Origin: Squalus acanthias
Lineage: Eukaryota
Assembly: GCA_030390025.1 (NCBI GenBank)
Contig: CM059432.1
Location: 51,648,001-51,712,000, forward strand
Direction of reading: 5' to 3'
Length of the DNA: 64,000 nucleotides
The notes under the pieces are model-generated. The model saw nothing but the letters and a program-made list of their open reading frames with translations, searched no databases and was not told where the DNA came from. The position numbers and the translations under genes are program-made. This document shows, in pieces, positions 11,541 to 23,869 of this stretch. The number at the start of each line of letters is the position of its first letter. The first letter of the stretch is position 1.

Positions 11541-12695
11541 GAGATTAGCGTGTAAAGTTAAGGCACATGGGATTGGGGGCAAGGTACTGACTTGGATAGA
11601 GAACTGGTTGGCAGACAGGAAGCAAAGAGTTGGAATAAACGGGTCTTTTTCCGAGTGGCAGGCAGTGACGAGTGGGGTTCCGCAGGGATCGGTGCTAGGA
11701 CCCCAGCTAGTCACTATATATATTAATGATCTAGACAAGGGAACTAGATGTAATATCTCCAAGTTTGCAGATGACACAAAGCTGGGTGGGCGTGTGTGCT
11801 GCGAGGAGGATGCCGAGAAACTCCAGTATGATTTGGACAGGTTGGGTGATTGGGCAGAAGCATGGCAGATGCAGTATAATGTGGATAAATGCGAGGTTAT
11901 CCACTTTGGTGGCAAAAACAGAAAGGCAGATTATTATCTGAACGGCAATAGATTGGGAGAAGGGCAAGTGCAACGAGACCTGGGTGTCCTTGTGCACCAG
12001 TCGCTGAAGGTAAACATGCAGGTACAGCAGGCGGTTAAGAAGGCAAATGGTATGTTGGCCTTCGTAGCGAGAGGGTTTGAGTACAGGAACAAGGATGTCT
12101 TGCTGCAGCTGTACAGGGCCTTGGTGAGACCACACCTTGAGTATTGTGTGCAGTTTTGGTCGCCTTATCTGAGGAAGGATGTTCTTGCCATGGAGGGTGT
12201 GCAGCGAAGATTCACCAGACTGATACCTGGGATGGCAGGAATGACGTACGAGGAGAGATTGGGTCGATTGGGCTTATACTCGCTGGAGTTTAGAAGAATG
12301 AGAGGAGATCTCATTGAAACTTATAAAATTCTAACAGGACTAGACAGACTGGATGCAGGAAGGATGTCCCCGATGGCGGGGGAGTCCAGAACCAGGGGTC
12401 ACAGTCTAAAGATAAGGGGTAAGCCATTTAGGACTGAGATGAGGAGGAATTTCTTCACCCAGAGAGTGGTGAACCTGTGGAATTCTCTACCACAGAAGGC
12501 AGTTGAGGCCAAGTCAGTAAATATATTCAAGAAGGAGTTAGATATATTTCTTAAAGCTAAAGGGATCAAGGGATATGGGGAGAAGGCAGGGAGAGGGTAC
12601 TGAGTTTGGATGATCAGCTATGATCTCGTCGAATGGTGGAGCAGGCTCGAGGGGCCGAATGGCCTACTCCTGCTCCTATCTTCTATGTTTCTATG
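11541..12695 (+). mobile_element. 5'-truncated young CR1 LINE with an uninterrupted C-terminal ORF2 (RT) frame to the stop at 12603
   Basis: [35 protein letters not shown] and RGDLIETYK with no stops. Followed by 3' UTR and a (TTCTATG)-like tail. Confidence 0.95.
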
Positions 12696-13315
12696 AGAGC
12701 TCTTCCAGTAAATGTCCAATTTGATTGTGAATCCAAAGAAAGCTCTGGAAAATACTGATATCAAGCTGTGTGTCTCATGCCAAAGACAATGTAATAAGAT
12801 AAAATGTCTTGGGAAATAGCAATTGCCGCAGCACAAACGTCAATTTGGGGGCACGGCACCAGAGCAAACTGGTCTCGGTTGTTCCAGAAACTCAGCCCAC
12901 CCAAAATCTCCATAACAAAGCAATAATGAGGCCTCATAAGTTGAGTTTAATTTATTCATCTGGATTCCGTTACAGAGCATCCTGCACCTGAGAGATTGGC
13001 ACCTGACATGTCATCTGGTTGTGCCTATTATTAGCAATGAAGATTAATTGATCTATTCCACTCACATTGATGGACAGGTTAACAGTGAAAATATGACAAG
13101 TGCATTTGTTCCATTTTGTTGCTATTGAAAAGTGACAGTCACTCCATGCACATAGAAGGAGTACACAGCATTATATAACATAAGATTAAGTGAGCTACAG
13201 ATTTTGTCCCATATGGCAAAAGATGCTTACTTGCTAGCTGGGAATCACATATTATTAATGGGGCAGTGTCTTCATGGGGGAAACAATGTTTGGCAAACCT
13301 GTTTACAATCATATG

Positions 13316-14103
13316 GGCCCCAACTTTGGTGGGTAGGGTGCGGGGGAGGCCGAAAACGGCCGAAGAACCCAACAAGGCCGGATACACAGAGGTCCTGCTA
13401 AACTTAATGGCAGGACCTCATTAAAAATTTTAGATCTGTTTCCCACCCAGCAGCCAGTCAAATGGACAGCCTGACCAGCAGTCCCCGGCAATCGGGAGGG
13501 AGGATGGAGGCTGTGATCTGGAGGGGGTAGAGAGGTCGGCAATGGGGAGAGGGAAGCAAGGTCGCGATCGGGAAGGCTGGGGCTGGGGTGAGGCTGGTGG
13601 TTGGAGTTGGGGAAGGCCGAAGGCTTCCTCGAGAGCCATGCGGAGGGGGGAACTCCTGCTCCTCTTGGCCCACAAGGAGTACTAAAAGAGGCACTTACCT
13701 TGTGGAGCCGGCAGCTCCTGCCTCCCTTTCACTGCCGGGTTTCCCGAGCCCTGGGAAACCTGTGCAGCAACAGTCAATGACGAAAGGTCATCGACCTGAA
13801 ACCTTAACTGTTTCTCTCTCCACAGATGCTGCCTGGCCTGCTGAGTATTTCCAGCATTTTCTGTTTTTAAGTCAATTTTAAATCGTGTTCCCAATTTTAC
13901 TGTGGGAGCCTGATGTTAATGAATGCCCTGCTTCTCTGTGGCGGGGCACTGGGATGCCCCGATATCTACCGCCCTAAAAAAACCAACGGGCACGTGTGCA
14001 GCATGTTGGAGATGTGCTCCTCGTATTTAACTCTTTAACACACCCCCAACCACATCCTGCCCGTAGTGGGGGGGGGGGGGAGGGGGGGGTTAATATTGAG
14101 GCC
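13316..14103 (+). mobile_element. Harbinger-type MITE (family D relative)
   Basis: Imperfect TIR GGCCCCAACTTT / AATATTGAGGCC. TSD ATG on both sides. Shared subterminal hairpin at about 13389-13419. Confidence 0.8.
13778..13869 (+). mobile_element. About 90-bp Penelope-like 3' tail insertion with a truncated hammerhead motif
   Basis: Near-identical to the reverse complement of 15549-15640. Flanked by direct repeat AGTCAAT (13772-13778 / 13870-13876). Confidence 0.7.
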
Positions 14104-15544
14104 ATGGTGTAGATTAAGTCAAAACATTTCTTCATGTCACTTGTATTCGACATTATGATAACAAAGATAAACTGCAGTTCCTTTAATTATATTGCTTGAC
14201 ATTGTGTCAAAAAGTGATAAGCAAGATGGTTGGACATCATTTCTACACTACTATTTAGTGAAATGTCTGTCTGACTCCAGCTTTGGTTTAGACTCAGCAA
14301 ACTGTTGGATTTATAAGGAAACTTATTTAAATCAAATTCTTGCTGTTGTGAAGTTGCCATTAGAAATGGGTTTTCAGCTAAAGTCCACAAGGGGATCGCA
14401 AAGGGTCATTGAGGTCATTGGCTATTTGTTCATGTGTCAAATTTCTACACTTTACTGTATTTGTTGACTTACTAACACATTATTTCTGTACAGTGCACTT
14501 GCTTTACTGAATGCATCCTTAGAAACACGTTAGTTTTTTTTGATGTTGCCAAAATGCTTGTCATTATTTACTTTCCATGCGTTTCATCAGCGATAGACAG
14601 CCTTAGTGTTTCTATTACTGATATTGAAATGGAGATCATGCATTATAGGTCCATCGTGTTTTCACTGAAAGACTACATTTTTGCTGCATGTATAGGGACT
14701 CATTTTTTTCTGGGACCAATGATGGTAACAGCTTAGGATAGCTTACACTATTACCAATAATACTCACACTTCGATTTTGCCATAGTATTTTTAATGAGGT
14801 GAAATTATGCTGTGTGATTTTACTAACAACACAATATTTGTATTGCAGAGTATGATTTCAATCCCCAAATGTAATAGAGAAGCTTAATTATGAAGGATAT
14901 ATTGTTTAAACTCTTCAAAGATGGAGGTATCAAAATTGCTTCTACAACCAATAGCCTTGTTGGATATTGCTTCAATAGAAGGGATATTTGGCTTACAATG
15001 ATATTATTTACAATAAAAGTAACCAGTGCTTGATTTGATTTACTGTAGTAACAATTGTGATGTGTGTAAACACTAGTGTAGGGCTGTCCCCACACCACTC
15101 CCTCCCAACCTCCCCGAAAATATTGGGGCCCTTGTCATCGCTGAGTATCTTTGATCTGAAGGTTTGGTGGATGTCTCACACAGGAGCTTGCAATCTCCCA
15201 CCCTCCTATCTCAGGATTTCAATCCCTCTTGCATACCAATTATAAGGGCAATTCCTGTTAACGTTATGGAGGTGAGACTATCCCAGCCTTCGTTCTGAAT
15301 GGTATGGTGAAAGCCTTCTATTAAAACCATCAGTCTGTCATTTTAATAGAGGATATTCACTACTACTGTGGATGCTGGGATAGCTCTGCATCCATAGCTG
15401 CTTCTTGCACTTTAGCAAAAGAAACCAAGAGAAAATAATTGAAAATATCAAAATCAGACAATGCAGAGAAATGAAAGAAAGAGAACAAAGTTAAAAAAGA
15501 AAAACAAGGAAAAGGGGATCAGAGGGGAGAAGAAGCATTGGAGT

Positions 15545-15870
15545 CACAACAGAAAACGCTGGAAAAACTCAGCAGGCCAGGCAGCATCCGTGGAGAGAGA
15601 AACAGAGTTAACGTTTCAGGTTGAAGACCTTTCGTCAGAACTGGAAAAAAGCAGGAAATTAAAAGATTTTAAAGCAAGTTTAGGGCTGGGAAAAGGGGGA
15701 GGGGATGAAAGAACAAAAGGGAAAGTCAGTGATAGGATAGAAAGCAAGAGAGATTAAGAGACATTGAGAGACATTAAGAGATATTCAAGGCAAGAAGAGG
15801 TGGAAATGGGACAGGTTAAGGAACAAAGGATGGCTCTAGATGAAGTGTGAATTGTGCTGGCAGAATGAAG
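15545..15870 (-). mobile_element. Penelope-like element 3' region
   Basis: Minus-strand pyrimidine-rich tract, then CTGACGAAAGGTCTTCAACCTGAAACGTTAACTCTGTTTCTCTCTCCACGGATGCTGCCTGGCCTGCTGAG. Family assignment is inferred from the hammerhead-bearing tail. Confidence 0.6.
15606..15642 (-). ncRNA. Minimal type I hammerhead ribozyme motif
   Basis: RNA: AGUU-CUGACGA-A-AGGU(CUUCA)ACCU-GAAA-CG-UU-AACU. Core intact, stem I AGUU/AACU, stem II AGGU/ACCU, palindromic ACGU in place of stem III. Confidence 0.7.
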
Positions 15871-16626
15871 GACAGCTGCCATGTGGGAGGGAAGAAATGG
15901 ATTTATGGGGTGAGTACCCACTTTCCTTCTGTAGAGATAGGGTTTAGAGTTCCTTTTAAGTAAAAATCTTACCTGGGGGTAAGTCAGGAATAGATTGTGG
16001 AGTGGAAAACTTTTGAATCTTCGGTTTTCTCCTGAGTTGTTTTTCTTTGGTTGCGGTGGCTCGATATTACCAGGTTGGTTGGTGGTATAGTTTCATAAGG
16101 CTCTTGTTGCCGTGATGTGTCCGATGATGTCCTGGGTCACTGAAGCTGTTGAACTTGGGTGTACGGTAGAATGCTGCCCCGTCTCAATGCTCCGGTTTCT
16201 TCTTGTGTGTTGCTTCTAGAGAGAACTGTCTTCTTGAGAAAACAGGCCTTCAATTATACTTTGAGGGGCCTTCTAATCTGCGCGCCAAATCAGTCCCGGT
16301 TTATTGTTTGATTTGGGTGGGCTCGTTAATGGTAACTTGATTAGAAATGTGTAAAATGGTTTTGGGATGCTGTACTGATTATTCAATGAGCTGTTGAGCT
16401 CCTAGTTAATTGTCATAGCTATACTCAGGTTTCGAGTCTCCTGTCTGAGCCCAAGATTTCTATGTAGGTTGGCGAGGTGATTTGCATTATGCATGTCTTG
16501 GATGGCTCCTGTGCTTTGGGTGGGGACTGCTCCTCCGTGGGTCGATTGTTAGGATGTTATTGCCTGATAGGGGCTGAGTGAGGTCACACAGTTCCCCAGA
16601 CAATTTGATTTACTCCAATACCCAAA

Positions 16627-17305
16627 CTCATGTGACTCGGCCAACGTTGTCTACCTGATACGTTGCAGTAAAGGATGCTCCAGAGCATGGTACATCGGCG
16701 AGACCATGCAGACACTGAGACAACGTATGAACGGACACCACGCAACAATCGCCAGGCAGGAGGGTTGCCTCCCAGTCAGGGAACACTTCAGCAGCCAGGG
16801 GCATTCAGCCTCGGATCTGCGGGTAAGCGTTCTCCAAGGCGGCCTTCGAGATACATGACAGCGCAAAATCATAGAGCAGAAACTGATAGCCAAGTTCCGC
16901 ACTCATGAGGATGGCCTCAATCGCGATATCGGGTTCATGTCACGATACAGAACGTGACTTGACATCATGGCCGGTCTTCCCAGGTGTTTTTTTTAAAAAG
17001 ACTAACACAAGAACCTACACAAATTGACAGGATATGCAGCCAGCAGGTGGTTTGACACGTTGGACCCCCTGGGACACATCTCATTGTCTTGGCTGTGCTC
17101 TTTGATGTAGGGAAAGATGTGAATAGATTTTGTCTGTGTTTAAATTGTGAATTCTGGGAGATTCTCTCACTGCTAACTTACCTGACGAAGGAGCGAACTG
17201 CTCCGAAAGCTTGTAAAATTAAATAAATCTGTTGGACTATAACCTGGTGTTGTGCGACTTCTCATTTTTGTCCACCCCAGTCCAACGCCGGCATCTCCAC
17301 ATCAT
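16627..17305 (+). mobile_element. Penelope-like retroelement 3' end: GIY-YIG endonuclease remnant (about 16630-16950) plus 3' UTR
   Basis: Translation CDSANVVYLIRCSKGCSRAWYIGETMQTLRQRMNGH...PVREHFSSQGHSASDLRVSVLQ...EQKLIAKFRTHEDGLNRDIG shows the VVY..YIGET and GLN motifs, with one in-frame stop. Hammerhead and AATAAA downstream. Confidence 0.9.
17178..17216 (+). ncRNA. Minimal type I hammerhead ribozyme motif
   Basis: RNA: UUAC-CUGACGA-A-GGAGC(GAACU)GCUCC-GAAA-GC-UU-GUAA. Stem I UUAC/GUAA, 5-bp stem II, palindromic AGCU in place of stem III. Confidence 0.78.
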
Positions 17306-17570
17306 GTCTTAACAGAGGTTGACCCCATTCCCTGTTGCAGCCTTTTCTCCCTTTACAGGCCCAACATGCCTTTTAAAAATGCCAAATCATGGTTTCCGAC
17401 CTTGAATCTCCCTCTGTTAGGCCCAATACGTATTTTATCATCCTGAAGCTTCTTAGAAAGAGTCCAAAGTCATTTTCCTTAGGGTTTTCTTCTAGCTTTG
17501 GGGGATCTGTGAATTTTGAGAATCTTACAGAGAGGACCTCTATCCACAGGGATCAGGAGGCCCATTTCTA

Positions 17571-17880
17571 GCTTCACTTCACCACCTTGGAGGAGACGGT
17601 GCTGGCCATTCTTGGCATAGGCATGGCTGAGCCCTTGGCGGGGCTGAAAGGATACAAGATGATGGTATCCTCATACGTTATCCTCCTTCTCACATGCACC
17701 TCTTGCTTTCCTGTCCTCCACTCAACACAACTCCACCCTTGTGCCTTCCTCATTTCACACACCCAAGAAATGCAGCCTGTCCAGCCAGTGGTTGACCAAG
17801 AAGAGGGAGAGGAGAAAGAAGAAGAAAAAGAATATTCACTCGATTTCATATTCCCAGCCACAAGCTCCTCAAGGTCGACC
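17571..17880 (+). pseudogene. Fragment of a Harbinger Myb/SANT partner gene (end of exon 2, intron, start of exon 3)
   Basis: TLEETVLAILG...DG|gtatc, a pyrimidine intron, then EMQPVQPVVDQEEGEE. Parallels IEETVLQRIG / DLQAAQPVVEEE at 10400-10720 (minus). Confidence 0.65.
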
Positions 17881-18011
17881 AGCAAGGCCATTTGCAGTGT
17901 CCCCCACTGAAAGGCACCAGCCTTCCACCAGCCATGCTTCAGCCACTGGGGTGGCATTACGTGACTTTCATTTATTTTTACAAATGCCGATTGATTTTGT
18001 CCCAGATTACG

Positions 18012-19771
18012 GGCCGCGATTTCACCAGCGGAGGCGGGTGGCGGGTCCCAGTCCCGCTCCCGGCTCCAGCCCACTCTCTCCAAGTGATTTTACGTAGATT
18101 GGGCTTGTTCAGCCCGCCCTGCGCGTTTCCCGGCCAATTAAAAGGAAGCAGTTCTGATGACGCCATTTAAGGATGCGTCATCAGCCGGTTTCCTTAAAGG
18201 GGCCATGACCACATTCATTTTGACAGTTGTTCTGTCCGTGTTCTGCAGCACTGAGGTGCTGCAAACACTGACAAGCACTGCACAAAGGTGCACGGCTGCA
18301 CCCAGACTCTCACATGACTCCCTCCATATGCTTATGGAGGGAGTCACAGCACATAGGGAGGTTCTCTTCCCTTCCCATGGGCAGAAGAGTCCTCCCCAGG
18401 CAGCAACGCAGCCTGGTTGCACATTGCACAGGAGGGCAAAAGCAGGGATGTCGTTCGTAGGACGAGGATGCAGTGGTGCAAGCCTTTCAATGATTAAAGC
18501 AGATCACGAAACGTTACTGCCAAGCCACACTCAACCTCATCCTGCTGTGCCACACGTCATATCCACATCACTCTGCCTTCCCTACCCTACTCCTGCACAT
18601 CTTTACTCACATCAATTTACCTTGCACCTCCACCCATCCCTCTCTATCTACATTATCACTTCCCCATCTCACTAGCCACCCCTCACACTGACCCTCATCC
18701 TACTGCAAGCATACCAACTAACAACACACAAGGGTAGGCACTTGGGTGGTTTAGCCAATGTTCATGTGAAGTTTCTGTTAATGTGTTGTCAAACATTGAA
18801 ATCTATATTTTCAACACTTTACCTTATTGGACAGATCTGTGCTCACCTTTAGAAGTGTCTTAGTGAGTTCCAGTGAATGTTGAGACATAACTTCCCCCCA
18901 CCCCAATTGTGATGAGTATGAAAGGAATGGTTTGAACCTTAAAGGGATGCTTTATGGTGCTGGTGTGGGGTGGTGTCAATCTGGCGCATTCTGTGGCAGC
19001 CAGGGTGTACAGCGTCAAGTGAAGTAAATCTGGCTACGGTGATGCCATCGCTGGCCTCCCAGGCAGCAATGTTGTCGGGTGCTGATGCCCTGTGTCCTGT
19101 GCAGATTGCGGAGAAGGTTGGTGTTGATGTTGGTGATGTTGGTGTGCCTGGTGATGTTGGTGTTGGAGCTGATTTTGGAGGAATTCAGGGGGCCAAGGTG
19201 AGATTTTTTCAAGGGCAATGATGTTGCTGGAATAGATGGCAGCTGAAGTTGAGATGACAGAAGTGATCTGTCAATAGTGAGAGAGCTTGCTCCAAGGAGA
19301 TGACAGTGGATAGAGAGTTTACTCCAAACACTTCCAAACTGCATACAGCTCAAAAGTGTCTTCCAAGTCCTGAAAGCTCAAGCTTCTGACATTGGAAAGT
19401 GACCATCTGTGAAATGGTAGCTTTCATACCACTTTTGCAGCTGTCACCTATTCACAGCATTGGGGAGACATAGAGAACCCGACCTACTTACCTGACGTGA
19501 TCCCGGAGCGACAGGAACCTCGTAAAAAAGTGGTAAAATAGAAATAGGCTGGCAAAATTGTAGTTAACAAGCAATGAACAAGCATTTAACTATCTTAAAT
19601 GCCTCCCCCGCCGCTTGGTTTCGGGTCTGTTCTGAATTCGCAGACCCGACACTTTGGAAACTTACATGCAGGCGGGTTTGGAGTGGGTTCCCAACCTGCT
19701 GTCAATCATTTCGATTTTGACAGTGGACCCGCCTCCAAACCCGCACTCTGAGCACCGGCAAAATTCAGCCC
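18012..19771 (+). mobile_element. Internally deleted Harbinger element inserted in a CR1; retains a degenerate Myb/SANT exon 1 (about 18290-18495)
   Basis: Ends GGCCGCGATTTC / AAAATTCAGCCC. APRLSHDSLHMLMEGVTAHREVLFPSHG...WLHIAQE...RTRMQWCKPFND. CR1 minus-strand sequence on both flanks. Confidence 0.78.
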
Positions 19772-20930
19772 ATTGTCTCTAAACCTTTCCCCACCACCGA
19801 CGTTATGCTGATTACCCTGGAGTTTCCGGGTTTATCCCTCTCCCCTTTTTTACACAGGTGCGTAACATTTGCAGTCCTCCAGTCCTCTTGCACCACCCCC
19901 ATATTCAAGGAGGAATGGAAGATTGTGGTTAGAGGCTCTGCAATTTCCACCCTTACTTCTCTCAGTAGCCTAGGATGCATCCCATCTGGAGTGGATGACT
20001 TTTCTACTTTGAGGACTGCAAACCTTTTAAGTACATCCTCTTTATTTTTATCCTATTCAATATCGCTACTGCCTCCTTCTTTACTACTACATCGGCAGCA
20101 ACCTCTTCTCTCGTGAAGACAGATGCAAAGTACTCATTTAATACCTCAGCCTTGCCCTCTGCCTCCACAAGATGGTCTCCTTTTTGGTCCCTAATTGACC
20201 ACTCCCTTTCTTTGACTAACCTTTTACTATTTATATGTTTATAAAAGACTTTTGGTTTCCCTTTTATGTTAGCCGCCAATCTATTCTCGTACACTCTCTT
20301 TGCCCTTCCTATTCCGTTTTTTAGATCTCCTCTGTACTTTCTATATTTAGCTTGGTTCTCTACTGTATTATGAACCTTACAATTGTCATAAGCCTCCTTT
20401 TACTGCCTCATTTTAACCTTTATATCTTTAGTCATCCAGGGAGCCCTAGCTTTGGACGCCCTTCCTTTCCCCTTCATAGGAATTTGTCTACTCTGTACTC
20501 GAAACTTCTCCCTTTTGAAGATCTCCCATTGTTCAATTACTGTTTTGCCTATCAATTTTTGATTCCAATCCACCTGGGCCAAATCCCTTTTCAACTCACT
20601 GAAGTTAGCTCTTCTCCAGTTAAGTATTCTTACGCTTGATTGTACTTTGTCCTTTCCATAACTATTCTAAACCTGATGATATTAAGATCACCGTTCCCCA
20701 AATGCTCTCTTACTTAAACATGCTCCATTTGCCCCACTTCATTTCCCAGAACTAGATGCAGCACTGCTTCCTTCCTCATTAGGCTGGAAACACACTGATC
20801 AAGAAAGTTCTCTTTGACACATTTCAGGAATTCCCCCCCCCCCCCTTTGCCCTTTACACTGTTGCTATCCCAGTCTATATTAAGATAATTGAAGTCCCTC
20901 ATTATCACTACTCTGTAGTTCTTGCATCTT
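19772..20930 (-). mobile_element. CR1 LINE internal fragment (endonuclease end to RT start)
   Basis: IMRDFNYLNIDW, YENRLAANIKGKPKVFYKHINSKR, HPRLLREVRVEIAEPL, DWRTANVT. Confidence 0.9.
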
Positions 20931-21639
20931 TCTTTTATAGCTTGTGACTGAATAGCATTTAGGGTTACTTCTAAGTTGACAGCTCAGCAAGTCACTTGTG
21001 TCATTAAATAACGGAGCAGGCTCGAGGGGCCGTATGGCCTAATCCTGCTCTTATTTCTTATGTTCTTATAACACATGGCTGCTCTGATGTAATGCATCTT
21101 TAAGTTACTACTTCAATTACTGCAGTATGTTGGTAAGCTAAAATAAAAGAAATTAATTTAATAAGAAAGAACGTAGATCATGTAGCTCTTTATCACATCA
21201 TAAGGACGTCCCTAAGCACTTCACAACAATTGAATTACTTTATGAGGCCTAGATTATGTGCTCTAGCCCTGGAGTGGGGTTTGACGTCACAACCTTCATG
21301 ATTCAGAGAACAGTACTACCACTTGGCCTAACTTATACTGTTTTAGTTATATATATACTTGAATTCCTGCTTTTGAATACTACTTCAGCACCTGTTAATA
21401 GTCATTCTGGGCTGTCTGCCAGTAAAATGTATAGGCAAAGCACTTATCAGTAACTAAATGCAGATGAGGCTCTCTTTCTTAGTTATGCTGAAAGATTCAT
21501 TTTGTTTTGTTAAAGTCTTGGAAACTAAATAATGAACCTCACCTTCTTGTAATGTTTAGTTGGCAGAGGCCTTTCGAGAATGAGAGAAGGTGGCTGCCAA
21601 ATTGCTCAAATTTAATAATATTACTAACAAAACTAGTAA

Positions 21640-23390
21640 TATTAACATAGATGAACATATTGTTTTAGAAAGAATGAAGAACTTGAAAATAGATCAAGCA
21701 GCCGGCCCAGATGAAAGCCACCCAAGGGTTCTCAGAGAGATAGGACATGTGCTGTGCGAGCCCCTAGCTTGTATTTTTAATAGCTCACTGCACTCTGGAA
21801 TGGTTCTTATAGACTGGAAGGAGGCTAATGTAGTCTCCATCTTTAAAAAAGGTGACAAGACAGACCCGGGTAACTATAGGCCCATTAGCTTAACATCAGT
21901 AATAGGTAAGATGCTTGAGGGAATCATTAGGGATGCAATATATGAATGCTTGGATAAAGAGGGACATATCAGGGATACCCAACATGGCTTCATAAAAAGG
22001 TAATGTCTTACAAATCTAATTGTATTTTTTGAAGAAGTTACAAAGTTGGTGGTTGAGGGAAGTCCAGTAGACATTGTCTACTTAGACTTCCAAAAATCTT
22101 TTGATAAGGTACCGCACAAGAGGCATCTATAAGATCAAAGCCTCTGATATTAGTGGATATATACTGAGCTGAATTGAGAACTGGCTGGTAGGACATAGGC
22201 AAAAAGTAGTTATAGATGGATTTGGATCTGTTTGGAGACCGGTCACCAGTGGTGTTCCGCAGGGATTGGGGTTGCGGAAGTTGCTCTTTATTTTTTTTAT
22301 TAATGATCTGGATATAGGTGTTGAGGGCACGATCTGCAAATTTGCAGATGATACCAAGATCTGTGCGAGTATTAGGACTGTAGATGACTGTAGTCTGCTT
22401 CAGGCGGATCTTAATGTGTTGGGAGATTTAGCAAGTGCAGTGTTATGCATGTGGGCAGGCCAAATGCTCAACATTCATACACCCTTTAGGGAAAAGCATT
22501 AAAGAAGGTGGAGATAGAAAGAGATTTGGGCATTCTAGTACATACATCCTTGAAGGTGCATGAGCAATGCTGTGAGGCGGTAACTAGAGCAAATAGGGTG
22601 TTGGAGAGTATCCATAGTACAATTGAGTATAAGACGAGGCATCCCATTTTGTCCTTGTACAAGACCTTAGTCAGGCCACACTTGGAATACTGTGTCCAGT
22701 TTTGGTCTCCTCACATGGTGGGTGATATTGAGGCTTTGAAGAGGGTGCAGAGGAGGGCCACAAGACTAATTCCCAGTCTAAAGCATTTTAGTTATCAAGA
22801 TAGGATAAAAGAGTTCGGACTCTACACTTTAGAGAAGCGTAGGCTTAGAGGTGATCTGATTGAGGTTTATAAGATAATGAAGGGAATAGATTGTGTTCCA
22901 GTTGACAGTTTGTTTCAATTAAATAGGTTAGGAAGGACCAGGGGTCACAAATTTAAGTTGGATAAGGCCAGATCTAGGTTAGATGTCAGGAGGTGGTTCT
23001 TTTCCCAGAGAATAGTGGACCTCTGGAACAGGCTGCCACCTCGTGCGGTGGATGCTGATTCGCTGAATTCCTCCAAGCGAGAACTGGCCCTGTTTCTGGC
23101 TGGGGTGGAGATCACCTCTTACAGAAGGTAGGAACTGCAGGGAATTCAGGGCCAGAGTGATCTCCTGGACTAGTTATGATCGCCTAGATGAGTCAGAGAG
23201 AAATTTCCCAGATTTGTTTTCCCCAAATTGACCTGGGTTTTTATCTGTTTTTTTGCCTCTCCCAGGAAATCACATGGTTTTGGATGGGGTGGAGTGTATA
23301 TGTTATGATACACAAGGTATCACAATTGTATGGGACAGGCTCGATGGACCAGAGGGACTTTACCTGTCCGTCATTGTTCGTTTGTATGCT
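21640..23390 (+). mobile_element. CR1 LINE (different subfamily), RT to 3' UTR
   Basis: [48 protein letters not shown]. Frameshifted. Distinct long 3' UTR. Confidence 0.92.
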
Positions 23391-23869
23391 CGTAAACACA
23401 AAGCTTCATTTCACAAACTAATAATTATTATAATTGTTCTTATTTCTAATAAATGAAATGTGAAAAGGACATAGTAAAGAAAAGTGAAACACTGGAGGGA
23501 ACTGCACTTAGAAACAAAGGAAGAAAAAGGAAAGAACAAGAAGCTGAAATCATCAAATATGGAAACAAATAAAAAAGAAGAGAGAGAAGAGGAACAAAGG
23601 AAAAGGGTTCTCAGAACAAGAACAAGTAAATTTGAATGAGAGTCAGTCTGGATTTATTAATCCTCTCTCTTCCCCTTTCTTTCTAAGATGGCAGTTTCAG
23701 TGCTCTACTAAGTTAAATGAGATCTGAAAACATAAGGGCCTAGAAATTTGAACGCGCTCATTTTTGGATGCGCAGTGGTTGTAGGGAGCAAACCCCAGCC
23801 TGAGAGTAGCAACCCCAACCGCCCCATCCTCCTCTCTCAACAACTTTCCTGGCCAGTGCGTTTGCTGCA

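Noticed and set aside
14192..14467. ORFs in AT-rich unique DNA as host exons (also 5191-5415 and 60987-61274)
   Set aside because: No recognisable protein similarity or convincing paired splice sites, and lengths are within chance expectation.
15900..16620. Possible solo LTR between the Penelope fragments
   Set aside because: No clear TG...CA ends, TSD or second copy could be identified, so it is left unassigned.
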